This document shows, one piece after another, positions 1 to 21,060 of a stretch of DNA of 64,000 nucleotides. The stretch lies in NCBI RefSeq assembly GCF_009914755.1, contig NC_060930.1. One strand, written 5' to 3'. The DNA comes from the human T2T-CHM13v2.0 reference genome, Homo sapiens. The position numbers and the translations under genes are program-made. Positions within the stretch are counted from its first letter, which is position 1. Each line of letters begins with the position of its first letter. The notes under the pieces were generated by a model, which saw nothing but the letters and a program-made list of their open reading frames with translations, made no database searches and had not been told where the DNA came from.

Positions 1-128
1 TTTTATGATGTTCCTTTTTTTAGCCCACTGAAGAAAGCCTTGTGGCCTCTCTATGTGGAGAAGTTGCAGGGTTATGTACTGGAAGGGATTGAAGCGCCCT
101 TGGAAATGCACCCTCAACTCTCATTTAG

Positions 129-552
<424 letters not shown>

Positions 553-799
553 GGCTTTGATAATTTTGGTTGGGGTTGCCGAATCTTTTCCTGCTAAAGG
601 AGACCCCTTAAGCTTAAGTGACCTTCTTCCATGATTCCCTTCTCCTGCCTTTCTGCCTTTATTTGCTGTTCTCTACCTTGTCTTTCTTTTGCTCAGCCAT
701 ACAACCCTTCCCTCTGCCACCTGGCTTCTTACTGAGGTCCTTTGCATGCAGCTCTATGGGGACGGAGTGAGAGGCAGTGCTCCTGTGTAGAGTCCTGGG

Positions 800-960
800 G
801 CTGTGCTGGATCTTGCGCATACATTTCCTTACTTGATCCTTGTAGGAGGTGTGGTCAGTGAGTATTCTTGCCCTCATTTTACAGTTCAGATGTAAACGTC
901 TGTGTCCTAAGTCATGCAGATAGTAGATGGGGAAGCTGAGAGTTGGATCATGTATTTCCC
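800..960 (-). mobile_element. MIR fragment
   Basis: Diverged MIR core ...ccctcattttacag... Confidence 0.55.
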
Positions 961-1485
961 TGAAACTGACTTCCATTTGCAACTGTGTATAGTTCATTCT
1001 TTCACACATCTTCTTCAGACGTTTATTGGCTGCTAATTTTTGTTTGTTTAAGCTATTGAGCTATTAGCGATACTTGCCCTTGAATTCTACAAAAGGTTAG
1101 TTTTGCTGCAAAAGCCTCAGCCCCACGGTCGCTGAGTATATACCCAACCTCACAGGGCAGTGGGCAGAGCGCCCCGAAGGCGGTAGGATCCCTTCACTCA
1201 GGATCAGCAACCCAGGAGCGTCTGGGCGGCCCCTACCAGACATACCTTTGGATTTGGGCCCTGAGGGATAAGTAGGAGTTCCCAGAGAGGTCTTTTCTAG
1301 TGAGAGGGATAAAAAGGAAGGTGCGAGGTGGGCCCTTCCCCACAGAGCAAAGAGGGACAAAGGTGGAAGGGCACAGATCTCCCAGATCTGGGTGCTGATG
1401 TTGCTGGATAAGGTTTGTGGGCACCGGTGAAAGAGGCCATTGGGCATGGGACTACTTGCGTCTGTGTTTTGGAAAAGTAACTTTT

Positions 1486-1498
1486 TTATTTCATTCTT

Positions 1499-1529
<31 letters not shown>

Positions 1530-1815
1530 GAGTGAGTCAAACTCTGTTGCCCAGGCTGGAGTTACAGTGGCGCGATCTCGGCTCACTGCAACCCTCCACC
1601 TTCCAGGTTCAAGCAATTCTCCTGCCTCAGCCTCCCAAGTGGCTGGGATTACAGGCATCTGCCACCATGCCTGGCTAATTTTTGTATTTTTAGTAGAAAT
1701 GGGTTTTCACCATGTTGTCCAGGCTGGTCTTGAACTCCTGACCTAAGGTGATCTGCCTGCCTCGGCCTTCCAAAGTGCTGGGATTACAGGCGTGAGCCAT
1801 GACGCCCGCCCGGCC
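1486..1815 (-). mobile_element. AluS
   Basis: Alu dimer; TSD gaaaagtaactttt at 1472 and 1817. Confidence 0.95.
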
Positions 1816-2085
1816 AGAAAAGTAACTTTTGTAGGCGATGGGGTGGCAATGAGGTTGGAGGGAAGGAGACTACTTTAGTGACCCAGGCAGGGATAGTGAG
1901 AGCCCCAACCAGATGTTTCTGTGTCGAGTCATTACCTGTCCTCTGGCTGCCTGAGGCCCAACACTTTGTACAGTCTCTAAAGTAATCAAGACTGCTCCAT
2001 GGTAACTTTCTTTTGATAATTCTTTTATGCTCAAGAGTGGGCTGAGTTAATGCAAGACATTTTAGAGATGTCGTATGCCTTGTGA

Positions 2086-2392
<307 letters not shown>

Positions 2393-2421
2393 AGATTTTC
2401 TTTCTCTCTAAAGGAAAAGGC

Positions 2422-2563
2422 GGCCAGGCACAGCGCCTCACACCTGTAATCCCACTGCTTTGGGAGGCCAAGGCTGGAGGATCGCTTGAGGCCAGGAGTT
2501 AGACCAGCCTGGGTAACATAGCGAGATCTCATCTGTAATTCTTATTAAAGAAAAAAGAAAAAA
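2422..2563 (+). mobile_element. Alu left monomer (FLAM-like)
   Basis: Single left arm followed by an A-rich tail. Confidence 0.8.
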
Positions 2564-3479
2564 GTATCTATCCATGTATATATGTACAAATATTTGTATA
2601 CCTGTCTCTCTATACTGATAGAATGTGGTTCCTTAAAAGGGGGAATTATTATTTATAACAATATGCACACCACTGAAAGATCTTTAAATCATTCTTTTAA
2701 AAGCTAATTGTAGAGTACAGTGAAATAGTGGGAAATATGTAGTTCAATGCAAATTTATTCATTTGCAAATCCGTAGCTCAATTTTACAAAGGATGTAAGA
2801 GGAAAAACTATCGTTTATCTAATGTGTCCTTTTTAAGAGTGCTGTGGTGCTACCTGATTGTTTCCTGTCTAAGACTTGACTGTCATAATCCCACTGTAAT
2901 AGACGATGTGCCTACCTGTGGTTGACACACATTCTTGGCATTAGTAAAAATGAAATTGGTCTCAAAAGAGTGAATCTAAATGGACAGAGACTGACTCTCA
3001 CTATCAGTGATACCATTTAATACCTGTGAGTACAGACTGAGACTACAAGAATTAACTAAACCTTCAGACTAATTTTGAGATAAAATGTATTTTTTGACTA
3101 CATAAATTGTCATTTTTCAAATGATATGCTCATCTATTTATTAATTCACTTTTGTAAGAAGACCTGAAAATGGTAGGTCTCTTCCTCATTAGCTTTGCTC
3201 CTAGCCAGATGTTGAACGTCCCTTCTTTTGTTCTCTGAAGTGTTTCACTGGGCAGCATTAATTCTTTATGAGGAGAGATGCTTCACAGAGATAACCTATC
3301 TTGTATCTTTCCTGCCATGTCAAGTCATGTAATACAGACATCTCCATCCTGGAGACTGGGTATCCAGGCATTATGGTAACTCTGAGACTCAGAAGACAAA
3401 CGCTTGAGAAAGGGCTAGTATTTCCTTTCTGCGATAGTAGTTTTTTTTTTTTTTTTTTTCTGAAAGGCTCTTCTATGGC

Positions 3480-3575
3480 TTTCAAGATGATTGGTGAAAA
3501 TGGAAATATATTTGTATTTATGTTTGTTTTTCAAGATGATTGGTGAAAATGGAAATATATTTGTATTTATGTTTG
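3480..3575. repeat. Tandem duplication, period 49 bp (two identical 47-bp copies)
   Basis: tttcaagatgattggtgaaaatggaaatatatttgtatttatgtttg at 3480-3526 and 3529-3575. Confidence 0.95.
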
Positions 3576-4371
3576 CTCTTCAGACTAATGTTCTCTGTGT
3601 TCACAGAGATACATTGCAGTTCTCCTTGGGTGTCTGATGCAAGTTCCATTCATGGTTGATTTTGATGTTTCATTCACTATTTGCTAGATTCCTTTTGCAG
3701 CAAGTAGTGAGTGAGGAAGTTTCCATGTGTCCACCCATCACTCTGCCTGGTTGTGGCTTCCTTCTTTCTCCTAGCATGAGGTAGTAAGAAAGAAAATAAA
3801 AGCATTATAAGAATCACATGATTTTTAAGTAAAGAGCCATTGAGGAGCAGAATAAAAAATCTTGGGATATGCCCTGAGCCCTAGTTACTCACCGCTTTTT
3901 TTTTTTTTTTTTTTTTTAACTGCCCTTAATCTAGTAGGACCTAGTTTCCTTTAAAATGTATCCTAAGCACCCTTGACTTTGTTGACTTTAATAATAATTT
4001 TGTATTGGTCTTGCTGTCAGCCAACAATTGTTTTTAACCTAGAGCTAAAACATGTTTATGTGTTTTTGTGTGTGTGTGCTTTAAAAATTTAGTGTTTCAA
4101 CATTAAATTATTTGTAGAGGAAAGGAATACTCTAGTTCAAGAATATGTATCTTTGCTATAGGAGTTTGTCTTTGTCTGTTTTCATAGGATTTTAAGGACC
4201 TCCTTTGTAAAATAAACCATTAACAACTTTGTAGCATTCCTTGTTTGGAAATGCCCAGTCTTTTAAAAAAAAAGTTTTGAAAGAGAAGAGTAACAACCTT
4301 AATCTGTGAGTTAAAACATTTAGAAACAAACAAACAAAAGTTAATTGAACATCTCTTAGAAAACTGATAGG

Positions 4372-4565
4372 TAGAATAGTAAAGTAGTTAAGAGCAAAGG
4401 AACTATTTTAGGTTGTTTGAGTTCAAATTGTGGCTTTAACCCTTACCGGACATGTGACCTGGGTGAGTTATTTAATTATTCTGTACCTCAGTTTCCTTAT
4501 CTGTAAAATGAGGTTAACAGTCACCAACATCATTGGGTTCTCATGAGGATTATTTAAATAATGAG
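4372..4565 (+). mobile_element. MIR
   Basis: tgtgacctgggtgagttatttaa...cctcagtttccttatctgtaaaatgagg core. Confidence 0.85.
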
Positions 4566-4571
4566 AACAAA

Positions 4572-6455
<1,884 letters not shown>

Positions 6456-6849
6456 GAGAAAATATGAATGCTTTTGAATAGCCAAGATTTTCTGAAAACA
6501 AGAAAATGCTTGTAATAAAAGTATATTTTCTGTTTAAATGGTACCCACATTGCCATTTTTAGTTTTTTTATGTGTCTAAGTGGCACAATAATATAAGAGA
6601 GCTTTTGAATAGTTTACTTATTTAGAAACATGTAAAATATTAAAAGCATTCACTTATGATTTCATTTTTTGAGTGATGGATTCATGAATGTACTAAATTG
6701 GTTTTTATAATCCTGATTTTTTTGTGTTTTTTTTGTTTTGTTTTGTAGACTCTTTTCCCAGGGTTTCATTCAGTTAGCAGCTATTTTTTATGAGCTATTT
6801 TCTGCAAATCACTCATTCTGCATCTTTGAGCTTTAATTAAGAGTCTTAG

Positions 6850-7325
<476 letters not shown>

Positions 7326-8100
7326 TAAATTGTTATTTTGGGATGATTTAGTTATGAATCTAAAGAGAGCCTACAGGAATTTGAAATCTTTGGGAAAGTC
7401 TGTAAAGACCATAAACATTTATTCTGAAAAGGTAAAACATTTCATTTTTAAGGCTCATTTTATTGTGAATTACAGTTTTTTAAAAAAAACCTTCTCAGAA
7501 TGTATGGCATTAAGACATAGTCTACTGGGGTATGGTCATTACTGTCTTCTGCAACATGTTGTTGTAACTCACCTAACATGTGACGCCCAGGTGGTGATTT
7601 ACTGGAAGAGCGTCATAACACTGATGTGTAGTAGCAATTTGCCTTGATTAGAGGATTGGGAAACTGAGACTTCATGATGAGCATTAAATAGGTGTCAAAT
7701 GATTCCTAAATGATATGTAGAAGATATTATAAAATCTTCATGATGTAACTTTAGCATTATCAAAGAACTGGCTCCTTTTTCAACAGAAGAAAATGTCAGC
7801 TAGTTACCCCACGTTAATATTTTGTATCAAGAACTCTTTGGTTTGTCATGCCCCTGAGTGGCTGCATATTCTGAGTCTGGGTCTTTAGAAAGCAGGATGC
7901 CTTCTATAGTGGAAGAGCTTCCATAGAGACCAGGAGGGGAGACGAATAGAATGAACACATTCCTTAAACCTCGAGAGAAGCTTACCAGGTCACATCCCTT
8001 AATCTAAGAAGTGCTGCTCTAGAGATTAGAATGATCATATTTACATTGGTATGATTTCTTGCACTTCATATGTACTTTTACATATGCTGATTGGTTTTAT

Positions 8101-9413
<1,313 letters not shown>

Positions 9414-10010
9414 ACATATGCTGATTGGATTTATGCCCTCAGAGCTACTAGAAACTTCCTGTTGTTGGCATCCTTTGGCCATGTAAATAATGTAGGGTTC
9501 CTGGTTTCCTTTTAAACACACCCACATTTTATTCAATAACCATAATTCAACAATTGCTGGCTGACTTTGGCTTCTGCAGATTTTAGACTTCCAAACTCAT
9601 CTGTTTTACCTGTAAAACAGGTAAAATACTGAGCTTATATATCTTTGCACACTGCCCCACAGGGTGGACCAGACCCAGATGGATTTGGCCTCTGCTCTTT
9701 GAGCAGAGTTTGATGGTAAAGCCAGAAAGTCTCCCACAGTCTGGGTTTTCTCAGTTTCCACCCAGGCTCCCTGGATCCTGGTGTCTTGGATGCCAGTGTG
9801 GGTCAGTGTGGCAAACACCTAAGGCTTTGCATTTGCAGGTCCATCAATTCCAAGGTGGTGGAGAGAAGCACAGACTCCTACTCCTCATTGTAACCAGCTT
9901 GAGACAGGCTCCAGAACAGCACCCATGACTGTCCACTTTGTTCTTTATTGTAGAAAATAGAAAGGCCTACTTTCACGACATCGGGAAAGTCAGCCTCCTG
10001 TTGTCACCTA

Positions 10011-10327
<317 letters not shown>

Positions 10328-10883
10328 TTCAAGCTGCAGAGCAGTTAGGTTTTATCTTAGGTTTGGCTTTAAAAAAAAAATCAAGATTTGAAGACACATA
10401 AACCTGTTATTTGTACACCTGCAGACAGACTTGCAGACAAGTTTGAGTATGTTCTATTTCAAGTCTTGATGTATAAAGAAGATAATCCAGGGCGAGAGTT
10501 GCTCAAGGACTGTAGGTCACCGATGGCTCCCAAGGATCAGCCAGAGACCAATGAGCAAGTGAAAGCAGATTGGTTTGAATCTTGCATTTGCTGGTTGGCT
10601 CAAGAGAAGTAAGCACTGAATTATGCAATGCAGTTGGCAGGGAGGATTGAAGCGGCTTGGAGTGTTGTTTTGGCAGAAAAACTACTTAGCAAAATGAATG
10701 AGGGGAGGGAATAGTGACACACTACCTTCTGGGGTCCCAGGAGGGTCTGTTTCAAAATAATTTTTATGGAGGCAGAGAGAAGCACACTGATATTGTACCA
10801 GTGCCTTGGTTGTGACAGATAGTCACTGTTGTACAACTAGGGGTATGGCCAGACTCTTAACTATCTTTTAAAACTAGAAGTGA

Positions 10884-11277
<394 letters not shown>

Positions 11278-11354
11278 CTAATGCCATGTTTAAACATCTA
11301 TGGTCCTTGGAATTTTTATTTAAAAATAAAAAAAAAATACAAGTATGTATATAT

Positions 11355-12004
11355 ATGGGCATACTTCATTTTATGCACTTTGCAGTTATGGCTTGTTTCT
11401 GTTTTTGTTTTTGTTTTTCTTGAGACGGTGTCTCACTCTATTGTCCAAGCTGAAGTGCAGCTGCGCCATCTCAGCTCACTGTAACCTCCGCCTCCTGGGC
11501 TCAAGTGATTCTCCTGCCTCGGCCTCCTGAGTAGCTGGGATTACAGGCATGAGCCATTGTGCTTGGCCGGTTTTTTTTTTTTTTTTTTTAACAAATTGAA
11601 GGTTTGTGGCAACCCTGTGTTGAGCAAGATTTTTGGTGCCATTTTTCCAATACCGTGCGCTCATTTTGAGTCCCTATGTCACATTTTGAAGCTGAATTGC
11701 TGCAATCTCATGATTAAACCTGAACAGATGTGGAGTTGCTTCTTATGGATGAGTAAAGAAAGTGGTTTCTTGAGCTGGAAACTACTCCTGGTGAAGATGA
11801 TGTGAACATTGTTAAAATGACAACAAAGGATTTTGGATATTCCATAAACTTAGTTGATAAAGCAGTATCAGAGTTTAAGAGGATTCATTCCTATTTTGAA
11901 AGAGGTTCTGCTGTGGGTAAAGTGCTATCACACAGTATAGTATGTTAAGGAGAAATCTTTCATGAAAGGAAGAGTCCCTTGATGCAGCAGATTTCTTTAT
12001 TGTC

Positions 12005-12005
<1 letters not shown>
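11355..12005 (+). mobile_element. Tigger1 (pogo/Tc1-mariner DNA transposon) internal-deletion derivative, interrupted by an Alu monomer at about 11395-11568
   Basis: Tigger1 5' part (ggcatacttcattttat...acaaattgaaggtttgtggcaaccctg...tcacattttg) joined at about 11688 to transposase 3' sequence (ctgaattgctgcaatctcatg...gaaaggaagagtc). Confidence 0.85.
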
Positions 12006-12895
<890 letters not shown>

Positions 12896-13075
12896 CTTTA
12901 AAGCCTTTTTAACAAAGATGCTGTGGGGCAGAAAGAATGGATGACCTAGTAATAAGAGTAAGGATAATATTGATATTAGCTGCAGTTATTTATGGAGCAT
13001 GGACTATGTGTTAAACACTATACTAAGCTCTCTCCATACCTTAACTCATTTAATTGTTACAGTGACCCTGTGAGG

Positions 13076-13489
13076 TGTGGTTGTGGGTTGATTTTTTTTC
13101 CCACAAAAAAGGATACCTCGAAGTCCTAATCCCTGGTATCTGAGTGTGACTTTGTTTGGAAATGGCTTCTTTTCAGATTTAGCCAAGTTAAGTTGAGGTC
13201 ATTAGGGTGGGCCCTAGTCCAACATGATTGATGTCCTTACTGGGACACAGACACAGATGTGCACGGGGGGAAGATGAAGTAAAGACACCCACAGAGAACA
13301 GCATGTGATGGTGGAGAATTGCAGTGATGCACCTGCAGGCTAAGGAATGCCGAAGATCGCTGGCAGCCCCCAGCAGCTAGGAAGTGGCGAGGACCTCTAG
13401 CCTCTAGAACTGGGAGACAATACATTTCTGTAGTTTTAAGCCACCCAATTATTGGTGCTTTGTTATGGCAGCCCCTAGGAAACAATACA
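13076..13489 (+). mobile_element. MaLR solo LTR (MLT1B/C-like)
   Basis: Characteristic start tg..gggttga..., internal gaggtcattagggtgggcccta, and end ttttaagccaccca...gcagcccctaggaaacaataca. Confidence 0.85.
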
Positions 13490-13561
13490 GATGGCTGCTC
13501 TATTACCACAGGGTAGCAGCTTTGAGCTGTTGGGAGAAAGAGGAAAGTATAAAGACAGCAA

Positions 13562-13870
13562 GGCCAGACGCGGTGGCTCATGCCTGTAATCCCAGCACTT
13601 TGGGAGGGCAAGGCGGGTGGATCACCTGAGGTCAGGAGTTTGAGACCAGCCCAGCCTGACCAGCATGGAGAAACCCTGTCTCTATTAAAAATACAAAATT
13701 AGCCAGGCGTGGTGGTGCATGCCTGTAGTCCCAGCTACTCGGGAGGCCGAGGCCGGAGAATCGCTTGAACCTGGGAGGCAGAGGTTGTGGTGAGCTGATC
13801 GCACCATTGCACTCCAGCCTGGGCAACAAGAGTGAAACTCTGTCTCAAAAAAAAAAGGAAAGGGAAAAAA
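13562..13870 (+). mobile_element. AluSp-like
   Basis: tgaccagcatggagaaacc diagnostic. Confidence 0.9.
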
Positions 13871-13995
13871 AGGACAGCAGAACTTTTTCCAGGTTTCCTA
13901 CCTTGCACAGCCCTACACCTTGGCCAGTAGAAAAAGAACATTGAGAAGATAGATAAGCAGAGAGCCTCAATATGACCCTGGCCATGGCAGCATAG

Positions 13996-14684
<689 letters not shown>

Positions 14685-14898
14685 TGAGCAATGAGGAAGA
14701 GATTGCAATGTGCCCCATCTTCCCTCCCACACAAGGCCTCAGTCTAATGCCCCTGGTTTTCTCCCCTTTCCTGCTTGCCATTTTTACTATTATATGCCTT
14801 TTTTTTTTTTGAAAGTGAGGTGAGGGTGAGGGTGTGGTCGTATGAGGAAACGGAGGCTTAGGAATGCTTTCCATCTTTGTTTTAAAATAGTGGAATTG

Positions 14899-15110
14899 AG
14901 CCTGGGTAACATAGTGAGACCCCTTCTCTACAAAAAATAAAAAATTAGTCAGGTGTGGTGGCGTGTGACTGTAGTCCCAGCTACTTGGAAGGATGAAGCA
15001 GGAGGATCACCTTAGCCCAGGAGGTCGAGGCTGCAGTGAGCCATGATTGTGCCACTGCACTCCAGCCCGGGAAACAGAGCAAGACCTTGCCTCAAAAATA
15101 CATACATACA
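14899..15110 (+). mobile_element. 5'-truncated AluJ
   Basis: TSD tagtggaattgag on both sides. Confidence 0.85.
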
Positions 15111-15542
15111 TACAAGTAGTGGAATTGAGTTAAAGTTTCCTAAAGAAGATAATACCTCTTTGTTTTCCTCTTTGAATCTCAACTGCTACCTATCCCAACT
15201 GCCACCCAGGACAGAGCTGGGAGAGAGGGTGTGGAGAGAAAGTTGTAGTGCAGCATAGAAGTCTTATTGGTGCAGGGATTCCTGAAGTGGCTTCTTAGGT
15301 CTGGGCAGATATGCTGATGTGGGGCAGGGACCCTGGCCAAGGGTTTTGGGCATGGGCTGCATGGCTGCAAAGGAACCTTGGTGGTGATATCCATAAACAC
15401 AGGGCTGCCCTGCCTCACCCCTTGGCCTCACCCTTTGAATTCCCTGTCCTCAATCCTTTGAATGCAACATCAGATGAATCACGGTGTTCTGGAGGACGTG
15501 GCGGTGGATAGTGTTAGGGACGGAGTGATTGAGGCTCTTCTT

Positions 15543-15945
15543 TATTTTTTTTATTTATTTATTTTTTTGTAGAGACAGGGTTTCACCATGTTGCCCAGAC
15601 TGGCCTCAAACTCCTGGGCTCCAGTGATGCGCCTGCCTGGGCCTCCCAACACTTCTTTTTTTTTTGAGATGGAGTCTTGGTCTGTTGCCAAGGCTGGAGT
15701 GCAGTGGCACGATCTTCGCTCACTGCAACCTGCACCTCCCAGATTCAAGCAATTCTCTGCCTCAGCCTCCTGAGTAGCTGGGATTACAGGCGCCCGCCAC
15801 CACACCCGGCTAATTTTCTGTATTTTTAGTAGGGACGGGGTTTCAACATCTTGGCCAGGCTGGTCTTGAACTCCTGACCTCGTGATCCACCCGTCTCGGC
15901 CTCCCAAAGTGCTGGGATTACAGGCATAAGCCACCACGCCCGGCC
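15543..15945 (-). mobile_element. AluS plus a left-monomer fragment inside one TSD
   Basis: Perfect 16-bp TSD gattgaggctcttctt at 15527-15542 and 15946-15961. Confidence 0.88.
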
Positions 15946-17052
15946 GATTGAGGCTCTTCTTAACCTCTGCTTGAGACCCCTCCTGGTACCACCTCACTCC
16001 CTGGTCTTTGAGGCTGTGTAAGATGTGCAGGCATCTTACAAGATTTGGAGAGTCAGAAATCACTCCTTGCTGGATTGCTGAGGGTTAGCAATGAAAGTAA
16101 AAGAGGATATGGAGAAAATGGAAACCACTTATAGGATATTTTATTCCCTGTGGATTCTATAATGGACATTTTAATTAAACTCTAATGGGACATACATTCT
16201 AAAAAGTTCTGATCCCTGAATAAATTAATATTAATGCCCACCATTCATTCAGAGTAAATGCATTGAGAGAAATGTCCTCACCAAGTAATATAAAAATGGA
16301 GAGTTAGAAAAATAAAATTTCCCAGCTCATCGGCAGCCCATCCTGTTGGTAAAGGACTGCTCCCTCTGGTCCATTACTGCCCATTACTTCCTCCAGCTCC
16401 ACGTCAATGACTCATGCCAAAACCTCCATCACTTCCCTTTGGAGATTATTACACAGCCCAGCAGACATCCTATTAAGAAACTTCTTATTAGCAGAGGAAA
16501 AGGAAAGTTTTCACGTTGAGATCGAGAAGGAAGATGATTCATGGTCACGAAGGGAAAGGTCCCCTGAAGTCTTGAGAGATGGCTCACCACTGCTCCACTT
16601 TCCTTTGGGGACACACACACTCACCATTAGCTGTGGGAAGTCGATGGGGTGTGTGGAGAGGACCATACTCAATTAAAAGAATGACAGTGGAATCAGTAAT
16701 TTTGAATCAAGCTCAGCGATGGATTACAAAAGCAAGAGTGTAGACTCCTAACTAATGTAGGGTGGAAGTTGAAACGTGAAAGTTGCCTGTCCTGAGCACG
16801 TTTAGAGTTCACAATTCAATATTCAAGAAGAACGTAAGGCTAGCAGTTGCTATAGTTGGGACAGGAAATGACTCAAGTCCAAAAGGAAGGTTTCTGTAGA
16901 TACAAGGTCAAGATGAGAATAGGTTCTGCCACGGGAAATGGGAAGAACACAAGGATAGAGTCTGCATCATCCCCAAGGGTTCTGACCATAGGAAACATTG
17001 CAAAATAGTACAAATGAAGCATGGAGTCAAAGATACCAATATTAAAAAATTA

Positions 17053-17447
<395 letters not shown>

Positions 17448-17940
17448 CTAGCTCCCAGCTGTCATGCCTCATTATCATATGATTTACAACCCATGATTGC
17501 TTTTTTAAATCGTATGGTCTGTTGACATTGCAAAATCAGTATTTCTCTTCTTTGCACATTCTTTAGCACCTACTATTTGTATCAGTCATTTGACATTTAC
17601 AGTATTTAGGAAGCCTGATGGCCATTTTTTGTTTTATTGGATCAAATTCTTTTACTATCTTTTTTTTTTTTTTTAACTGAGACATCTTGCAGGGCACAGA
17701 GTTCTCTGCAAAGATATTGTTGGTTCTCCTGGTAGAGGTGATGAGGAGGGGGTCATACTGAAGTACATCTCATTCTTGCCCACCTCATGACCATATTTCC
17801 CTTTAAGAATTCAAATGATGCATCCTCCATGATCGATCCTTAAGCACCTTTGACGTCTTGCTCTCCCTTGCTGAAATGGCTCACATAATGGGAGCTTTAA
17901 CTGAAGGAGAGATGGAGCTAGGAATATAAAGATCATTTTT

Positions 17941-18687
<747 letters not shown>

Positions 18688-18820
18688 TCATTTAAAGTCT
18701 TGTCCGGACTTGGTGGGGCGATGGTGCATTTCTGGTGTCTGACTTGCAATGTCTGGATCCTGAGTATAAGCTCGGCAAGCATTTAGGTTTGGGCCTGAAT
18801 TTTGTCATTTGTAAAACTAA

Positions 18821-19473
<653 letters not shown>

Positions 19474-19497
19474 ACAGTGTATCTTTTTGTTATTGTA

Positions 19498-19526
19498 TTA
19501 GGTTGGTGCAAAAGTAATCGCGGTTT
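19498..19526 (+). mobile_element. MADE1/Hsmar1 single terminal inverted repeat
   Basis: TA followed by ttaggttggtgcaaaagtaatcgcggttt matches the Hsmar1 TIR; the second arm is absent. Confidence 0.85.
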
Positions 19527-20492
19527 ATAATTATGCTTCCTTAAGCTAAAAACTTAGGTGAGAACACACCTCAGTCCTTTTAGCAATCCTCAGTTGAGTC
19601 TGACCATGCACATTCTTACTTACAAGTTTTAGTTGTCTGAGCCACCGCTTAGCTTGGTTTTTTAGTTGCATGGCTGCCAAAGAATTGTTTAGCCAGAGGC
19701 CCTGCGCAGGTCTGCAGGGAAACAGAACAAAACACATTGCTCTTGTTTACGTCCTCGGGCTGAACCACCCATTTCTCTGTAGCAGTCAGGATTTCCTCAG
19801 GAAGCTTTCCTTGGGGAGGGTGGACCAGGGTGAAGCAGGATGTGATGACACGCAGCCCTCCTGCCCTCTGCAGCCAGCTGAGGTGAAGCCTCTATCTGTA
19901 TCTGGCCTATGCTTCCTAGTCTGTGAGTTACAAGTCCAGGTCTTCTGCCCCAGGTTGGGGTGATGGAGTTGGTGGGGATGGACGGAGCTGCTGCCCCCGT
20001 CCCCCTGGCTCCTTACTTCCATTTCATTTTCTTATCTGCAGTGCTGGGGTGAAAAGCCCAGGAGGGGGACACCCCTCGGAGGCCTCGAGTGCCTGGGTGG
20101 CAGCGGCTGTGCCAGCATTTCAGTCACAGCTTTTCCCATGGGGCCTGTGGGTGGAGTCGTTCAGGGCTGCGGGGTCTACCGCAAGCCCAGCCTCAGGAAG
20201 AAATAATGGAGTGGAGGATGTGGCAATTTGGCCTGGCCAAGCACCCAGCCATATGTTTCCTCAATTCAGGTTAAGTGAATTATTCAACTGTACACTGTAG
20301 GCATCTCAGGAGTACTGTTAACTAACCCTAAGTTTTATTTTAAAATATTATGGGGTGGGGATTACTTTCTGTGGAAGGCCTCAGTAGATGGCTTTATAGT
20401 TTAAATAAGCAGTAAGGTTAGCTTAAGCTTGTTGTGTGCCCAACTGCAGTGAGCCCGTACTTCTGTGGTGGTGAAGGCAGATTTTGGAGTAG

Positions 20493-20837
<345 letters not shown>

Positions 20838-20999
20838 TAGCCATGTGGCAGTGGACATGGAACCTTCCTGCTTTGATGTCCTCATTGGTGTTGTGCATTA
20901 ATTGAAATGATGTACAAGAATACCGACAATGTAGTATAGGTATACAGATGCTCAATAAATGGAAATTTTCCCCTTAATTCTCATCCTTCCAACCTCCCC

Positions 21000-21011
21000 C
21001 ACATGCGCGCG

Positions 21012-21059
<48 letters not shown>
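21000..21059. repeat. Compound (GC)n/(CA)18 microsatellite
   Basis: cacatgcgcgcgcacgcgcgcg(ca)18cg; 60 nt of perfect purine-pyrimidine alternation. Confidence 0.97.

Positions 21060-21060
<1 letters not shown>

Noticed and set aside
10388-10860. Possible old LTR or coding fragment
   Set aside because: It looks LTR-like, but I could not match it to a consensus with confidence, and the peptide is unrecognised.
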